Both the position numbers and the translations under genes were made by a program. This document shows positions 18,173 to 27,561 of a DNA stretch of 64,000 nt, piece after piece. The notes under the pieces were generated by a model. The model had not been told where the DNA came from. It ran no database searches and saw only the letters and a program-made list of their open reading frames with translations. The stretch covers positions 480,001 through 544,000 of the forward strand of contig JAXHNB010000006.1 in assembly GCA_034520945.1 (NCBI GenBank). Reading direction: 5' to 3'. The stretch comes from Trueperaceae bacterium (GTDB taxonomy: Bacteria; Deinococcota; Deinococci; Deinococcales; Trueperaceae). Position 1 is the stretch's first letter. The number at the start of each line of letters is the position of its first letter.

Positions 18173-19399
18173 TCAGTCGCCGTGCGCCGGTCGCGGGTGG
18201 GGCCGCGTCCGCTGGAGGCCGGTCGCGATCAAGATGGTGACGCCGAACAAGGCGGCTGCGCTGAGGAACACGGCGCGGTAGCCGGTCTCCCCGCCGCCCA
18301 GCAGGGCCGCCAGCCCGACCCCGACCAGGGGCGCGACGGCGCGACTGGCCGCGATGACGGCGTTGTCGAGCCCGAAGGCCGAACCCACCTCGGTCTGTTC
18401 GGTCACCACGTTCAGCAGGGCGGACAGCGACGGCATCACGCCGCCGATCGCGACGCCCGCCATCCCGTTCAGGAGCAGCAGCTGCCAGCCGGTCTCCACG
18501 AACGCCATCGGCAGGTAGCAGGCCGCCGCCACCGCCGACGAGCCGATCAGGACGGCCCGGTGACCGATCCGGTCGCCCAGGTTGCCCAGCGCGATGGCGG
18601 AGAGGGTGCTGGTGGCGGCCGCGATGCCGATCACCAGGCCGGTGAAGGTGCTGGTGCGGGCGCCTTCGGACAGCAGGAACGGCACGAACAGGGGAAGGAT
18701 GGGCACCATCACGCCCCGCCCCAGCCAGGCGGAGAAGCGGGCCGCGAAGGTGCGGCCCACGCCCGGCGTGCGCAGGATGTGCGACCAGTCGCGGGCCATG
18801 CCGGACAGCCGCCGCGCCTGGGCGGGCGGCGTGAACGACTCTTTGACGCCGAACTGCACCAGCACCCCGCCCAGCAAGAGCAGCCCCGCCGTGATCACGA
18901 AGGCGGCGCGGTACCCCACCGTGTCCGCCAGTACGCCGCCCAGGACGGGGCCGAGGGCCACGCCGCTGGTCAGGGCGGTCTGCAGCGCGCCCAGCGCGAA
19001 GCCGGAGCGTTCCCGCGGCGCGACCGAGGCCACCAGCGCATTGCCTGCCGACACCACGCCGGTCAGCACGCCCTGCACCGCGCGCATGAGCACCAGCTGT
19101 TCGGCGTTCTGGGCGTACGCCATCAGCAGGATGATGGCCGCGCCCCCCAAAAGCGCGCGCTGCACCATCGGCTTTCGGCCGACCCGGTCGGCGACCGCGC
19201 CCCATACCGGCGAGGCCAGCATCATCGTGATCGCCTGGGCGCTGAACACCGCCCCCGCCAGGAACACCAGGTCCAGGTTCCACGCGCTGCCGAGGGATTC
19301 GACGTAGTTGGGCAGGAACGGGAAGATCATCGAGAAGCCGATCGCCGACAGCATCTGCGCGACGAACATGATCACGAGGATGCGTTTCCAGTCGTTCAT
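18173..19399 (-). CDS. MFS transporter (DHA1, MdtG-like)
   Basis: Motif A WGAVADRVGRKPM and LGNLGDRIGHR; about 12 TM segments; GAGGAG RBS. Confidence 0.88.
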   Translation of the reverse strand: MNDWKRILVIMFVAQMLSAIGFSMIFPFLPNYVESLGSAWNLDLVFLAGAVFSAQAITMMLASPVWGAVADRVGRKPMVQRALLGGAAIILLMAYAQNAEQLVLMRAVQGVLTGVVSAGNALVASVAPRERSGFALGALQTALTSGVALGPVLGGVLADTVGYRAAFVITAGLLLLGGVLVQFGVKESFTPPAQARRLSGMARDWSHILRTPGVGRTFAARFSAWLGRGVMVPILPLFVPFLLSEGARTSTFTGLVIGIAAATSTLSAIALGNLGDRIGHRAVLIGSSAVAAACYLPMAFVETGWQLLLLNGMAGVAIGGVMPSLSALLNVVTEQTEVGSAFGLDNAVIAASRAVAPLVGVGLAALLGGGETGYRAVFLSAAALFGVTILIATGLQRTRPHPRPAHGD

Positions 19400-19527
19400 G
19401 GCTCCTCTCACGCCCCTACGCGCATCTGCGCCGGGCGGGGCCGGCGCGAACGGCCCGCACCATACGCCCGTCCAGCTGGGACGTTCGGTCGTGGCGGGCA
19501 CAGCACGCACGCGCTACGGTGGGAGGC

Positions 19528-21690
19528 ATGTCATCCCCTCACGTATTCTTCGTGGCCCCCGTCGGTCCGGGCGCCGGGCTGACCTCGGTATGCCTGGGGC
19601 TGGTCCGGGCGTTGGATCGCAAGGGCCTGCGGGTCGGGTTCTTCAAGCCCGTGCGTCAACCGGGGCAGGACGAGGGACCGGAGCGCTCCACGCACTTCGT
19701 GCGAAAGACCAGCGACATCGATCCCATCGAACCGTTCTCGTGGGCGTGGTCGGAGGGGTTGCTGTCGGCCGGCAAGGACGACGAGCTGTTGCAGGCGATC
19801 GTCGGGCGGGCGCAGGACGAGGTGCTTGGCGGTGATCACGACGTGCTTGTCGTGGAGGGGTTGGTCGCGACGGCGGACCACCCGGAGCTGGACACGTTGA
19901 ACGAGCGCGTCGCGGCCGCCTTCGATGCGGAGGTGATCCTGGTCGGCGCCCCGCCGCGCGGCTCGTTGGAGGCCCTGTCCGAGCGGCTGGAGACGGTGGC
20001 GCACCACTTCGGCGGGCCCGACGACCGGCGCGTGCTGGGCGCGATCGTGAACAAGCTGGACGCGCCCACCCAGGAGGTGACCACCGCCACGCGCACCGAC
20101 CGGGTGCGGCCCGGCACGCCGCGCGACGCGGCCTCGCTGGCGGAGCACATGCGCGTGCTGCGCGAGGACTCGTTTCACCTGATCGGCGCCGTCCCGTGGC
20201 GGCAGGCCTGGGTGTCCCCCCGCACGCTGGACGTGGCCCGGCAGTTGGACGCCCGCGTCCTGAACGAGGGCGAGCTGGCGCGCCGGCGGGTCGAGGACGT
20301 CTCGGTGGTGGCCCGCACGGTCGCGAACATGACGCACCGCTTGCGTCCCGGCGCGCTGCTGATCACGCCGGGCGACCGCGACGACGTCATCCTGGCCGTG
20401 TCGATGGCGACCGCGAACGGCGTTCCGCTGGCGGGCCTGGTGCTGACCGGGGGGATCGAGCCGGACCCGCGGATCGTGAAGCTGTGCGAACGCGCCCTGC
20501 ACGGCGACCTTCCGGTGTTGTTGGTCGAGGCGGACAGCTTCGTCAGCGCAGCGCAGGCGGCCGCCATCAACCTGGAGGTCCCCCCGGACGACGTCGGGCG
20601 GATGGAGCGGGTCATGGACGAGGTGGCGTCGTTCCTGGACGCCGACTTCCTGGCCGAGCGTTGCGCGACGGAGCGGGAGCCGCGCCTGTCCCCGCCCGCG
20701 TTCATGTACCGCCTGGTCACCCGCGCCCGCGCCGCCGACAAGCGGATCGTCCTGCCCGAAGGGGAGGAGCCGCGCACGGTGCGGGCGGCGGTGACCTGCC
20801 ACGAGCGCGGCATCGCGCGCTGTGTGCTGTTGGGCGCCCCGGAGGAGGTGCGGCGCGTTGCCGACGCGCACGAGCTCGCCCTTCCCGACGCGTTGGAGGT
20901 GGTGCGTCCCAACGAAGAGCTGCGGAACCGGTACGTGACGCGCCTGGTGGAGCTCCGAGAGCACAAGGGCATGACCGAGCCGATCGCCTGCCAGCATCTG
21001 CAGAACCCCGTCGTGCTGGGCACGATGATGCTGGCGTGCGGCGACGTGGACGGCCTGGTGTCGGGGGCGGTGCACACCACGGCCGAGACCGTGCGTCCAG
21101 CGCTGCAGCTGATCAAGACCCGCAGTGATGCCAAGCTGATCAGCTCGATCTTCTTCATGTGCCTTCCCAACCAGGTGCTGATCTACGGGGATTGCGCCAT
21201 CAACCTCGACCCGAACGCCGAGGAGCTGGCCGACATCGCGATCCAGTCGGCCGCGTCGGCGCGGCTGTTCGGCATCGAGCCGCGGGTGGCGATGATCAGC
21301 TACTCGACCGGAAGTTCCGGTGAGGGCAGCGAGGTGGAGAAGGTGCGCGAGGCGACCCGCCTCGCGAAGAGGCTGCGACCCGACCTGGTGATCGACGGGC
21401 CGCTGCAGTACGACGCCGCCTCGGTGGCGTCGGTGGCCGCGTCGAAGGCGCCGGACAGTCCGGTGGCGGGGCGGGCGACGGTGCTGATCTTCCCGGACCT
21501 GAACACCGGCAACACCACCTACAAGGCGGTGCAGCGCAGCGCGCAGGTGGTGTCGGTCGGCCCGATGCTGCAGGGCCTGCGGCGTCCGGTGAACGACCTG
21601 TCGCGCGGGGCGCTGGTGGACGACATCGTGTACACCATCGCGCTGACGGCCATTCAGGCCGAGCAGGCCGAGCAGGCCGTGCCGGCCTGA
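19528..21690 (+). CDS. pta: Phosphate acetyltransferase, long form (AAA_26/DRTGG + PTA_PTB)
   Basis: KRIVLPEGEEPRT, GLVSGAVHTT, DGPLQYDAA, FPDLNTGNTTYKAVQR, VNDLSRG. Confidence 0.95.
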   Translation: MSSPHVFFVAPVGPGAGLTSVCLGLVRALDRKGLRVGFFKPVRQPGQDEGPERSTHFVRKTSDIDPIEPFSWAWSEGLLSAGKDDELLQAIVGRAQDEVLGGDHDVLVVEGLVATADHPELDTLNERVAAAFDAEVILVGAPPRGSLEALSERLETVAHHFGGPDDRRVLGAIVNKLDAPTQEVTTATRTDRVRPGTPRDAASLAEHMRVLREDSFHLIGAVPWRQAWVSPRTLDVARQLDARVLNEGELARRRVEDVSVVARTVANMTHRLRPGALLITPGDRDDVILAVSMATANGVPLAGLVLTGGIEPDPRIVKLCERALHGDLPVLLVEADSFVSAAQAAAINLEVPPDDVGRMERVMDEVASFLDADFLAERCATEREPRLSPPAFMYRLVTRARAADKRIVLPEGEEPRTVRAAVTCHERGIARCVLLGAPEEVRRVADAHELALPDALEVVRPNEELRNRYVTRLVELREHKGMTEPIACQHLQNPVVLGTMMLACGDVDGLVSGAVHTTAETVRPALQLIKTRSDAKLISSIFFMCLPNQVLIYGDCAINLDPNAEELADIAIQSAASARLFGIEPRVAMISYSTGSSGEGSEVEKVREATRLAKRLRPDLVIDGPLQYDAASVASVAASKAPDSPVAGRATVLIFPDLNTGNTTYKAVQRSAQVVSVGPMLQGLRRPVNDLSRGALVDDIVYTIALTAIQAEQAEQAVPA

Positions 21691-21751
21691 GCCGCGCCCG
21701 CGTCCGCGCAGAGGCCCGCGCGGCGCCGGCCCAGGCGTATACTGTCGCCTC

Positions 21752-24097
21752 GTGGACACGGATGCCGCGTTGTTGGACAAGCTCGCGTTCGGCCGCGTCC
21801 GGGCCGCGCTGCGGGACCGGGCGGCCACGCAGTTGGGGGCCGAGCGGGCCGAACGACTCGTGCCGCTCGGCACGCGTGAGGAGGCCGAGGTCCGCCTGGC
21901 GCGCGTGCGCGAGGTCCGCAGCGGCGAGGAGCTGCCCCTCGGCGGCATCGAGGACGTGCGGCCCCTGCTGGAGCGGGCTCGCTCGGGACGCATGCTGGAG
22001 GGTCGCGAGATCCTGTCCTTGGCGTACACGCTGGACGGCGCGTCGCGCCTTCGCCGCACGGTGGTGGAGGGCGACCGGCCCGCCCTGGCCGAGCTGGCCG
22101 CCCGCATGGGCGCCTTCGACGGCTGGCTGCGGTTGGTGCGCGAGCAGTTGGACGGCGAGGGGGAGGTGCGGGACGACGCCACCCCCAAGCTTCGCGAGAT
22201 CCGGCGGCGCCTGAAGCCGCTTCGGGGGCGGATTCGCGACAAGATGCACAAGCTGCTCGAGCAGTACGCCGACGCGGTGCAGGATCCGATCATTACGCTG
22301 CGCCGCGACCGGTACGTGATCCCGATCCAGGCGTCGGCCCAGGCGCGGGTGCCCGGGATCGCGCTGGACAGCAGCGACTCGGGCCGGACGGTGTTCGTGG
22401 AGCCGCAGTCGGTGGTGGCGATGAACAACGAGTTGGCGCTGCTGATCTTCGAGGAGCGCGACGAGGTGCGGCGCATCCTGTTGGAGCTGGGTCGTCAGAT
22501 CGCCGGCACGGATGGCGTGGACGAGACGCTCGAGATCGTGGCGCTGCTGGACCTCGCCAACGCCTCCGCCCGCTTGGCCGAGGATTGGGGCCTCGTCGAG
22601 GCGGTGCCTGGCGAGCAGGACGGCGACGTGCGCTTGCCGGACGCCCGGCACCCGTTGATCGAGGACTGCGTGCCGAACGACCTGGACTTGGGCCTCGAAC
22701 GCCGGCTCCTGGTGGTGACCGGTCCCAACGCGGGCGGCAAGACGGTGTTGTTGAAGACGTTGGGGTTGGCGGTGACGATGGCGCAATCGGGCCTGTTCGT
22801 GGCGGCGGGCCGGCCGGAGGAACCGCCGCGCTTGCCCTGGTTCGATGACGTGCTGGTCGACATCGGTGACGAACAGTCGATCGAGGCGTCGCTGTCCACC
22901 TACGCGGGGCACCTCGTCAACCTGAGCCGGATCGTGCGTCAGGCGCATCCGGGCACGCTGGTGCTGATCGACGAGTTGGGCTCGGGGACCGACCCCGAGG
23001 AGGGGGCGGCGCTGTCGCAGGCGATCCTGGAGGCGGTCCTGGAGACCGGCGCGCGGGGGCTGGTGACGACGCACCTTGCGCCGCTCAAGGTGTTCGCGTC
23101 GGACACGCCCGGCATTCGGAACGCCGCGATGCGATTCGACGTGGACGCGCTGGCGCCCACCTTCGACATGGTGGTGGGTCAACCGGGCCGCAGCTACGCC
23201 CTGGCGATCGCGGAGCGCCTGGGGCTGCCCGCCCCGGTCCTGACGCGGGCCGGCGACGTGCTGGGGCCCGAGGGCGAGCGGCTGGAACGGCTCCTGGAGA
23301 CGTTGGAGGCGCAACGCGACGCGTTGAACGAGCGCGTGCGGGAGGCCGAGGCCAGCCGCGACGAGGCGCAGGACGAGGCGGCCCGCCTCCGTGACGAGGT
23401 CGCGCGCATGCGGGAGCACGAAGAGGCGTTGATGGCCGACGCGTCGGCCCGGGCCGAGGAGCGATTGCAGGCCACGCTGCAACGCGCGACGCGGCTGGAG
23501 CGCACCGCGCGCTCGGGACCTTCCGAGGGCCGATCGGAGGCGCTGGACGAGATCCGGCGCATGCGCGAGGAGGCGCGTCGGGACGCGCATCGCCCCGCGA
23601 AGCGACGCGCGGCGCAGGCCGCGCCGGACGGCCAGGCCGAGGCCCCGCCCCGCCTGGCGCCGGGCGTACGGGTGTACGTGCCCGAGTACGAGGCGTCGGG
23701 TCCGGTTCACGAGGTGCGAGGCGATGTGGTGCTGGTGCAGCTCGGGCTGTTGCGCGTCGAGGTGCCGGCGCAGGAGGTGCGCATCGAGGAGGCCGCCCGC
23801 GAACGCGCCTCCGTCCGACACGAGCCGGTCACGCCCGCGTTCGGAGCGACCTTCGACGACGAACTGAACCTCCGCGGCGAGCGGGCCGAGCAGGCGGTCG
23901 AGAAGGTGCGTGATTTCGTGCTGGAGGCCGGCGCCATGAAGGTGGGCAAGGTGCGGATCCTGCACGGCAAGGGGACGGGGGCGTTGCGGGACGCGGTGCG
24001 GAACTACCTCAAGAACGAGCCGCGCGTGGAGCGGTTCGAGGACGCGGTTCCCTACGAAGGCGGTCACGGCGTGACGGTCGCCTACCTGCGGTCGTGA
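21752..24097 (+). CDS. mutS2: Endonuclease MutS2
   Basis: TGPNAGGKT, SLSTY, LIDELGSGTDP, TTH; coiled coil; C-terminal Smr domain ILHGKGTGALR...GGHGVT. Confidence 0.95.
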   Translation: MDTDAALLDKLAFGRVRAALRDRAATQLGAERAERLVPLGTREEAEVRLARVREVRSGEELPLGGIEDVRPLLERARSGRMLEGREILSLAYTLDGASRLRRTVVEGDRPALAELAARMGAFDGWLRLVREQLDGEGEVRDDATPKLREIRRRLKPLRGRIRDKMHKLLEQYADAVQDPIITLRRDRYVIPIQASAQARVPGIALDSSDSGRTVFVEPQSVVAMNNELALLIFEERDEVRRILLELGRQIAGTDGVDETLEIVALLDLANASARLAEDWGLVEAVPGEQDGDVRLPDARHPLIEDCVPNDLDLGLERRLLVVTGPNAGGKTVLLKTLGLAVTMAQSGLFVAAGRPEEPPRLPWFDDVLVDIGDEQSIEASLSTYAGHLVNLSRIVRQAHPGTLVLIDELGSGTDPEEGAALSQAILEAVLETGARGLVTTHLAPLKVFASDTPGIRNAAMRFDVDALAPTFDMVVGQPGRSYALAIAERLGLPAPVLTRAGDVLGPEGERLERLLETLEAQRDALNERVREAEASRDEAQDEAARLRDEVARMREHEEALMADASARAEERLQATLQRATRLERTARSGPSEGRSEALDEIRRMREEARRDAHRPAKRRAAQAAPDGQAEAPPRLAPGVRVYVPEYEASGPVHEVRGDVVLVQLGLLRVEVPAQEVRIEEAARERASVRHEPVTPAFGATFDDELNLRGERAEQAVEKVRDFVLEAGAMKVGKVRILHGKGTGALRDAVRNYLKNEPRVERFEDAVPYEGGHGVTVAYLRS

Positions 24098-24104
24098 GGG
24101 CGGC

Positions 24105-24788
24105 GTGATGGGGCGCGCGGCGGGACGGACCGCTCAGCGACGCGCGATCGTGTTCGACCTGGACGGCACGCTGATCGACAGCCTTCCCGACATCGTCGCG
24201 AGCTTCCAGGACGCCTTCGACGCCTGCGGGGTGCGCGCGCCCGACGAGGGGGCGGTGCGGGCCTTGATCGGGCGTCCGCTCGAGGAGATGTACGGCACCT
24301 TCAGCACCGATCCGGCCGAGGTGGCGGCGTTGTCGGCCGCCTACCGGCGGATCTACCCTCGACGCTTCGCCGAGCGGACGCGTCCGTTCCCCGGCGTGCC
24401 CGAGGTGCTTGCGGCGCTGCGCGGGCGGGGTTGGTTGCTGGCGGTCGCCACCACGAAGCGGACGGAGATGGCCACGCGCTTGGTGGCGGCGCTCGGGATG
24501 GAGGCGCAGCTGGATCACGTGCAGGGCACCGACGGGTTCCCGCACAAGCCGGCACCGGACGTGGTGCAGCGGGCCTTGGCCGTCCTGGGGGCGGAGGGGG
24601 CGTGGATGGTGGGGGACACCGTCTCGGACCTGGAGGCGGGCCGGGCGGCCGGGTTGCGCACCTTCGGCGTGACCTGGGGCACGCAGGCGCGGGCCCGCCT
24701 GGCCGAGGCGGATCCCGACGCCTTGGAGGACGACCTGGACCGGTTGCCGGCCTGGGTGGGCCACCCCGATGGAGCCGCCCTCGGCTGA
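24105..24788 (+). CDS. HAD-family hydrolase (phosphoglycolate phosphatase-like)
   Basis: FDLDGTLIDS, KPAP, MVGDTVSD. Confidence 0.88.
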   Translation: MMGRAAGRTAQRRAIVFDLDGTLIDSLPDIVASFQDAFDACGVRAPDEGAVRALIGRPLEEMYGTFSTDPAEVAALSAAYRRIYPRRFAERTRPFPGVPEVLAALRGRGWLLAVATTKRTEMATRLVAALGMEAQLDHVQGTDGFPHKPAPDVVQRALAVLGAEGAWMVGDTVSDLEAGRAAGLRTFGVTWGTQARARLAEADPDALEDDLDRLPAWVGHPDGAALG

Positions 24789-24872
24789 GCGCGGGGCGCC
24801 GCCCGGGGCGGTCGCCCGCTGCGCACGACGCACGCGAGGGGGTGCCCTCCGGCAGGCGCGGTAGCATCCCCC

Positions 24873-25559
24873 ATGGACAAAGACGAGATTTCCTACGTCA
24901 TCGACGCGCTGGCCGAGGACTCCTGGCGCATGTTCCGCATCATGGGCGAGTTCGTGCAGGGGTTCGAGGAGATGGCCGACGTCGGCAAGGCGGTGACCAT
25001 CTTCGGCTCCGCCAGGCTTTCGGCGGGCGACCCGGTGTACGACAAGGCCGAGGTGCTGGCGGCCGACCTGGCGGCGTGCGGCTACACGGTGCTCACCGGC
25101 GGCGGCCCGGGGATCATGGAGGCCGGCAACAAGGGGGCCTACCAGGCGGGGGGCCGTTCGGTAGGCCTGAACATCAGCCTGCCGCACGAGCAGTCGCCGA
25201 ACGGCTACCAGACCGACAGCCTGGGGTTCAAGTACTTCTTCGTCCGCAAGGTGATGCTGGTGAAGTACTCGACGGCGTTCGTGGTGTTCCCGGGCGGCTT
25301 CGGCACCATCGACGAGCTGTTCGAGGCGCTGACGTTGATCCAGACCAAGACCATCAAGCCGTTCCCGGTGTACCTGATCGGCGTGGACTTCTGGCAGGGC
25401 CTGGTGCAGTGGCTTCAGGGCACCCTGGTACGCAAGGGCACCATCTCGGACCGTGACCTGAACCTGTTCAAGATCGTCGACGACGTGTCCACCATTCCGG
25501 GCGAGATCGACGCCTACTACGAGAGCGCGTCGCGGGGTGGGTTCGACCTGCCGGGCTGA
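24873..25559 (+). CDS. LOG family nucleotide monophosphate nucleosidase (TIGR00730)
   Basis: TIFGSAR, TGGGPGIMEA, FFVRKVML, PGGFGTIDE. Confidence 0.92.
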   Translation: MDKDEISYVIDALAEDSWRMFRIMGEFVQGFEEMADVGKAVTIFGSARLSAGDPVYDKAEVLAADLAACGYTVLTGGGPGIMEAGNKGAYQAGGRSVGLNISLPHEQSPNGYQTDSLGFKYFFVRKVMLVKYSTAFVVFPGGFGTIDELFEALTLIQTKTIKPFPVYLIGVDFWQGLVQWLQGTLVRKGTISDRDLNLFKIVDDVSTIPGEIDAYYESASRGGFDLPG

Positions 25560-25609
25560 GGGGGGATCTCATCGGACGCAGCGCTTCCGCGTGGCGCCAG
25601 AACATAAGA

Positions 25610-25639
25610 CTTGACAAGAGGCCACTCAGATCTTATGAT
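25610..25639 (+). promoter_or_regulatory. SigA promoter of hsp20 overlapped by a HAIR-like (HspR) operator
   Basis: TTGACA(25611)-17 nt-TATGAT(25634); CTTGACA-N7-ACTCAGA compared with HAIR consensus CTTGAGT-N7-ACTCAAG. Confidence 0.8.
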
Positions 25640-25700
25640 TCATGGTGAAGACGTCGAGAGGACGTCGCCAAGCAACACCACCTACGCGAGGAGGCAAGCC

Positions 25701-26174
25701 ATGACACTTGCACGCAACCGTCCCACCCGGACCCTGAGAAACTACGGAGACTACGGCGTCGAAAACGCCTACGCCGACCCCATCGACCGGCTGTTCGAGC
25801 GTTTGGCCGCCCCGGTGTTCGGCAACGGCGGAGAGTTCGCCAGCGCGTACGCCTACCCCTTCGATCTCTACGAGACCGACGAGGCGCTCGTGCTCGAAAT
25901 GAGCGTGCCCGGGCTCCGTGCCGACGACCTCGAGATCAGCATCGAAGGTCGCCAGTTGACGGTGCGCGGCGCCGTGCCCGAAGGCCAGGACGCGGAAGAG
26001 CGCCGCTACTGGACGCGCAACATCCCGCGCGGCGAGATCGGACGCACCATCCGCCTGCCGGCCAGCGTCGACACGGACGGGATTCAGGCACGCGTACACG
26101 ACGGGCTTCTCACCCTGACCATGCCGAAGCAGCAGGAGGCCAAGGCCAAGCGGATCCAGGTCACGCACGAGTGA
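25701..26174 (+). CDS. Small heat-shock protein Hsp20/alpha-crystallin
   Basis: GAGGAGG RBS; DLYET...VPGL...A.V.DGLLTLTMPK; C-terminal IQV motif. Confidence 0.93.
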   Translation: MTLARNRPTRTLRNYGDYGVENAYADPIDRLFERLAAPVFGNGGEFASAYAYPFDLYETDEALVLEMSVPGLRADDLEISIEGRQLTVRGAVPEGQDAEERRYWTRNIPRGEIGRTIRLPASVDTDGIQARVHDGLLTLTMPKQQEAKAKRIQVTHE

Positions 26175-26232
26175 TCGCATGACGGTGGCGCGGGCTCGCG
26201 CTTCGCACGGGCGCCCGCGCCGCTGCCCCAAC

Positions 26233-26270
26233 GAGAACGCGCCCCCGGTACCTTCCGGGGGCGCGTTCTC
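26233..26270. terminator. Hairpin terminator between convergent genes
   Basis: GAGAACGCGCCCCCGG-TACCTT-CCGGGGGCGCGTTCTC, 16-bp perfect stem. Confidence 0.75.
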
Positions 26271-26321
26271 ATGGGACGGCTCGGCGTGGCCTCGTGGCCG
26301 GTCCTGGCGCCCGGGCGCGCG

Positions 26322-27476
26322 TCAGAAGGTGAGACCGGTGTCGGTGAACGGCGGCAGCGCCGACAGGCCGAACACCTGTGCGGCGCGGGCGTAGATCTCG
26401 GCCGGTTCCATGTTCTGCCCCAAGTAGCGATCGTTGCCGCGCCACACCTCGACGTGCGGGTGCGGCTCGTCCTCGGTGCCCGTCGCCCCCTCCAGCGTGC
26501 CCGAGTTCCCCGTCAGACCGATGATGGTGCCTTGCCGCACGGAGGTGCCCTCCGTGATCCCCTCCGGGATCGCCGACAGGTGCGCGTACCGCGTCACGAA
26601 CCCGCCCGCGTGCCGGATCCACACCTGCCGCCCGCGCAGGGTGTCCAACACCTCGGGCGGCGTGTCCAGCGAGGCCGTGGCGCGCTCGATCACCTCGTCG
26701 TACCCCTCGGGCGTGAGCTCCTGGTAGTTCACGTCGGCCCGGATCACCTCACCCGGGGCGGCCGCCCGCTGTTCGGTGCCGTAGCCGATCTCCACGCTTA
26801 CGGTGCCGTCGTAGAAGTCGAAGCCCTCGTGCGTTCCGTTGCGGTACGCCCGCGGCGCCCCCGGCAGGTGGTTGGCGCGCGAGCTCAGCGTCGCCCCGTC
26901 CACCGGCACCACGTACCCGGCCGGCCATTCCGGGTCGAACGCCGGCGCGCCGGTCAGCTCGGCCAGGTCGTCGAACCCTTCGGTGAGCTCCTCCAGGCGC
27001 GACCACAGGCCGCTGCCGCGGACCGCCGCGTTGCCGCGGGCCAGGTCGAGGGCGCGTTCCCCCGCCTCGTCCTGCGCCAAAGGATCGCCACCCGCGTTGA
27101 GCAACAGCAACACCGTCCGGGCGCTGGGCGCCTCCTCCGCCGCGATCATCAGCGGCGTCTTGCCGTCGTCCGCCCGTGCGTTCGGATCGGCGCCCGCCTC
27201 CAGGAGCGACATGACGGCGTCGTCGTGGCCGCCGGCCGCCGCGATCATCAAAGCCGTCCGGCCGAACGCGTCCCGCGCCCCCACCGCCGCGTCGCCGGCC
27301 AGGGCCTCGGCGATCCCCTCGACGTCGCCGTCCTCGGCGGCCACGAACAACGCCTCCGCCGACGCGCTGGCGTCCGGCGGCGGCTCCTGCGAAGACGGCG
27401 CGAGCCACCCCAGTTGCCACACCCCAATGAGCACGAGGGCGACCAGGGCGAGTGCGGCGGCGAGGGTCCGAATCAT
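26322..27476 (-). CDS. Membrane-anchored ankyrin-repeat + M23 peptidase fusion
   Basis: N-terminal TM; ankyrin repeats (GRTALMIAA, GKTPLMIAA, GERALDLA); M23 motifs HEGFD, YAHL and HPH. Confidence 0.85.
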   Translation of the reverse strand: MIRTLAAALALVALVLIGVWQLGWLAPSSQEPPPDASASAEALFVAAEDGDVEGIAEALAGDAAVGARDAFGRTALMIAAAGGHDDAVMSLLEAGADPNARADDGKTPLMIAAEEAPSARTVLLLLNAGGDPLAQDEAGERALDLARGNAAVRGSGLWSRLEELTEGFDDLAELTGAPAFDPEWPAGYVVPVDGATLSSRANHLPGAPRAYRNGTHEGFDFYDGTVSVEIGYGTEQRAAAPGEVIRADVNYQELTPEGYDEVIERATASLDTPPEVLDTLRGRQVWIRHAGGFVTRYAHLSAIPEGITEGTSVRQGTIIGLTGNSGTLEGATGTEDEPHPHVEVWRGNDRYLGQNMEPAEIYARAAQVFGLSALPPFTDTGLTF

Positions 27477-27561
27477 GGTCGAAATGCTACCCCACCACCC
27501 GGAGCGGCGGCCTGCCTGCGCCGGCGGGTCGCCGCCCATGCGCTGACGTATGGTGATCCGC

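Noticed and set aside
19531..24067. Long antisense ORFs (981 and 923 aa) opposite pta and mutS2, and similar ones opposite acnA and at 38819-41857 and 44670-47984
   Set aside because: Shadow ORFs caused by high GC3 codon bias; no motifs, and they overlap well-supported genes.
25591..25607. AACATAA half-site resembling the Deinococcus RDRM (DdrO) motif
   Set aside because: The left half of the palindrome is absent.
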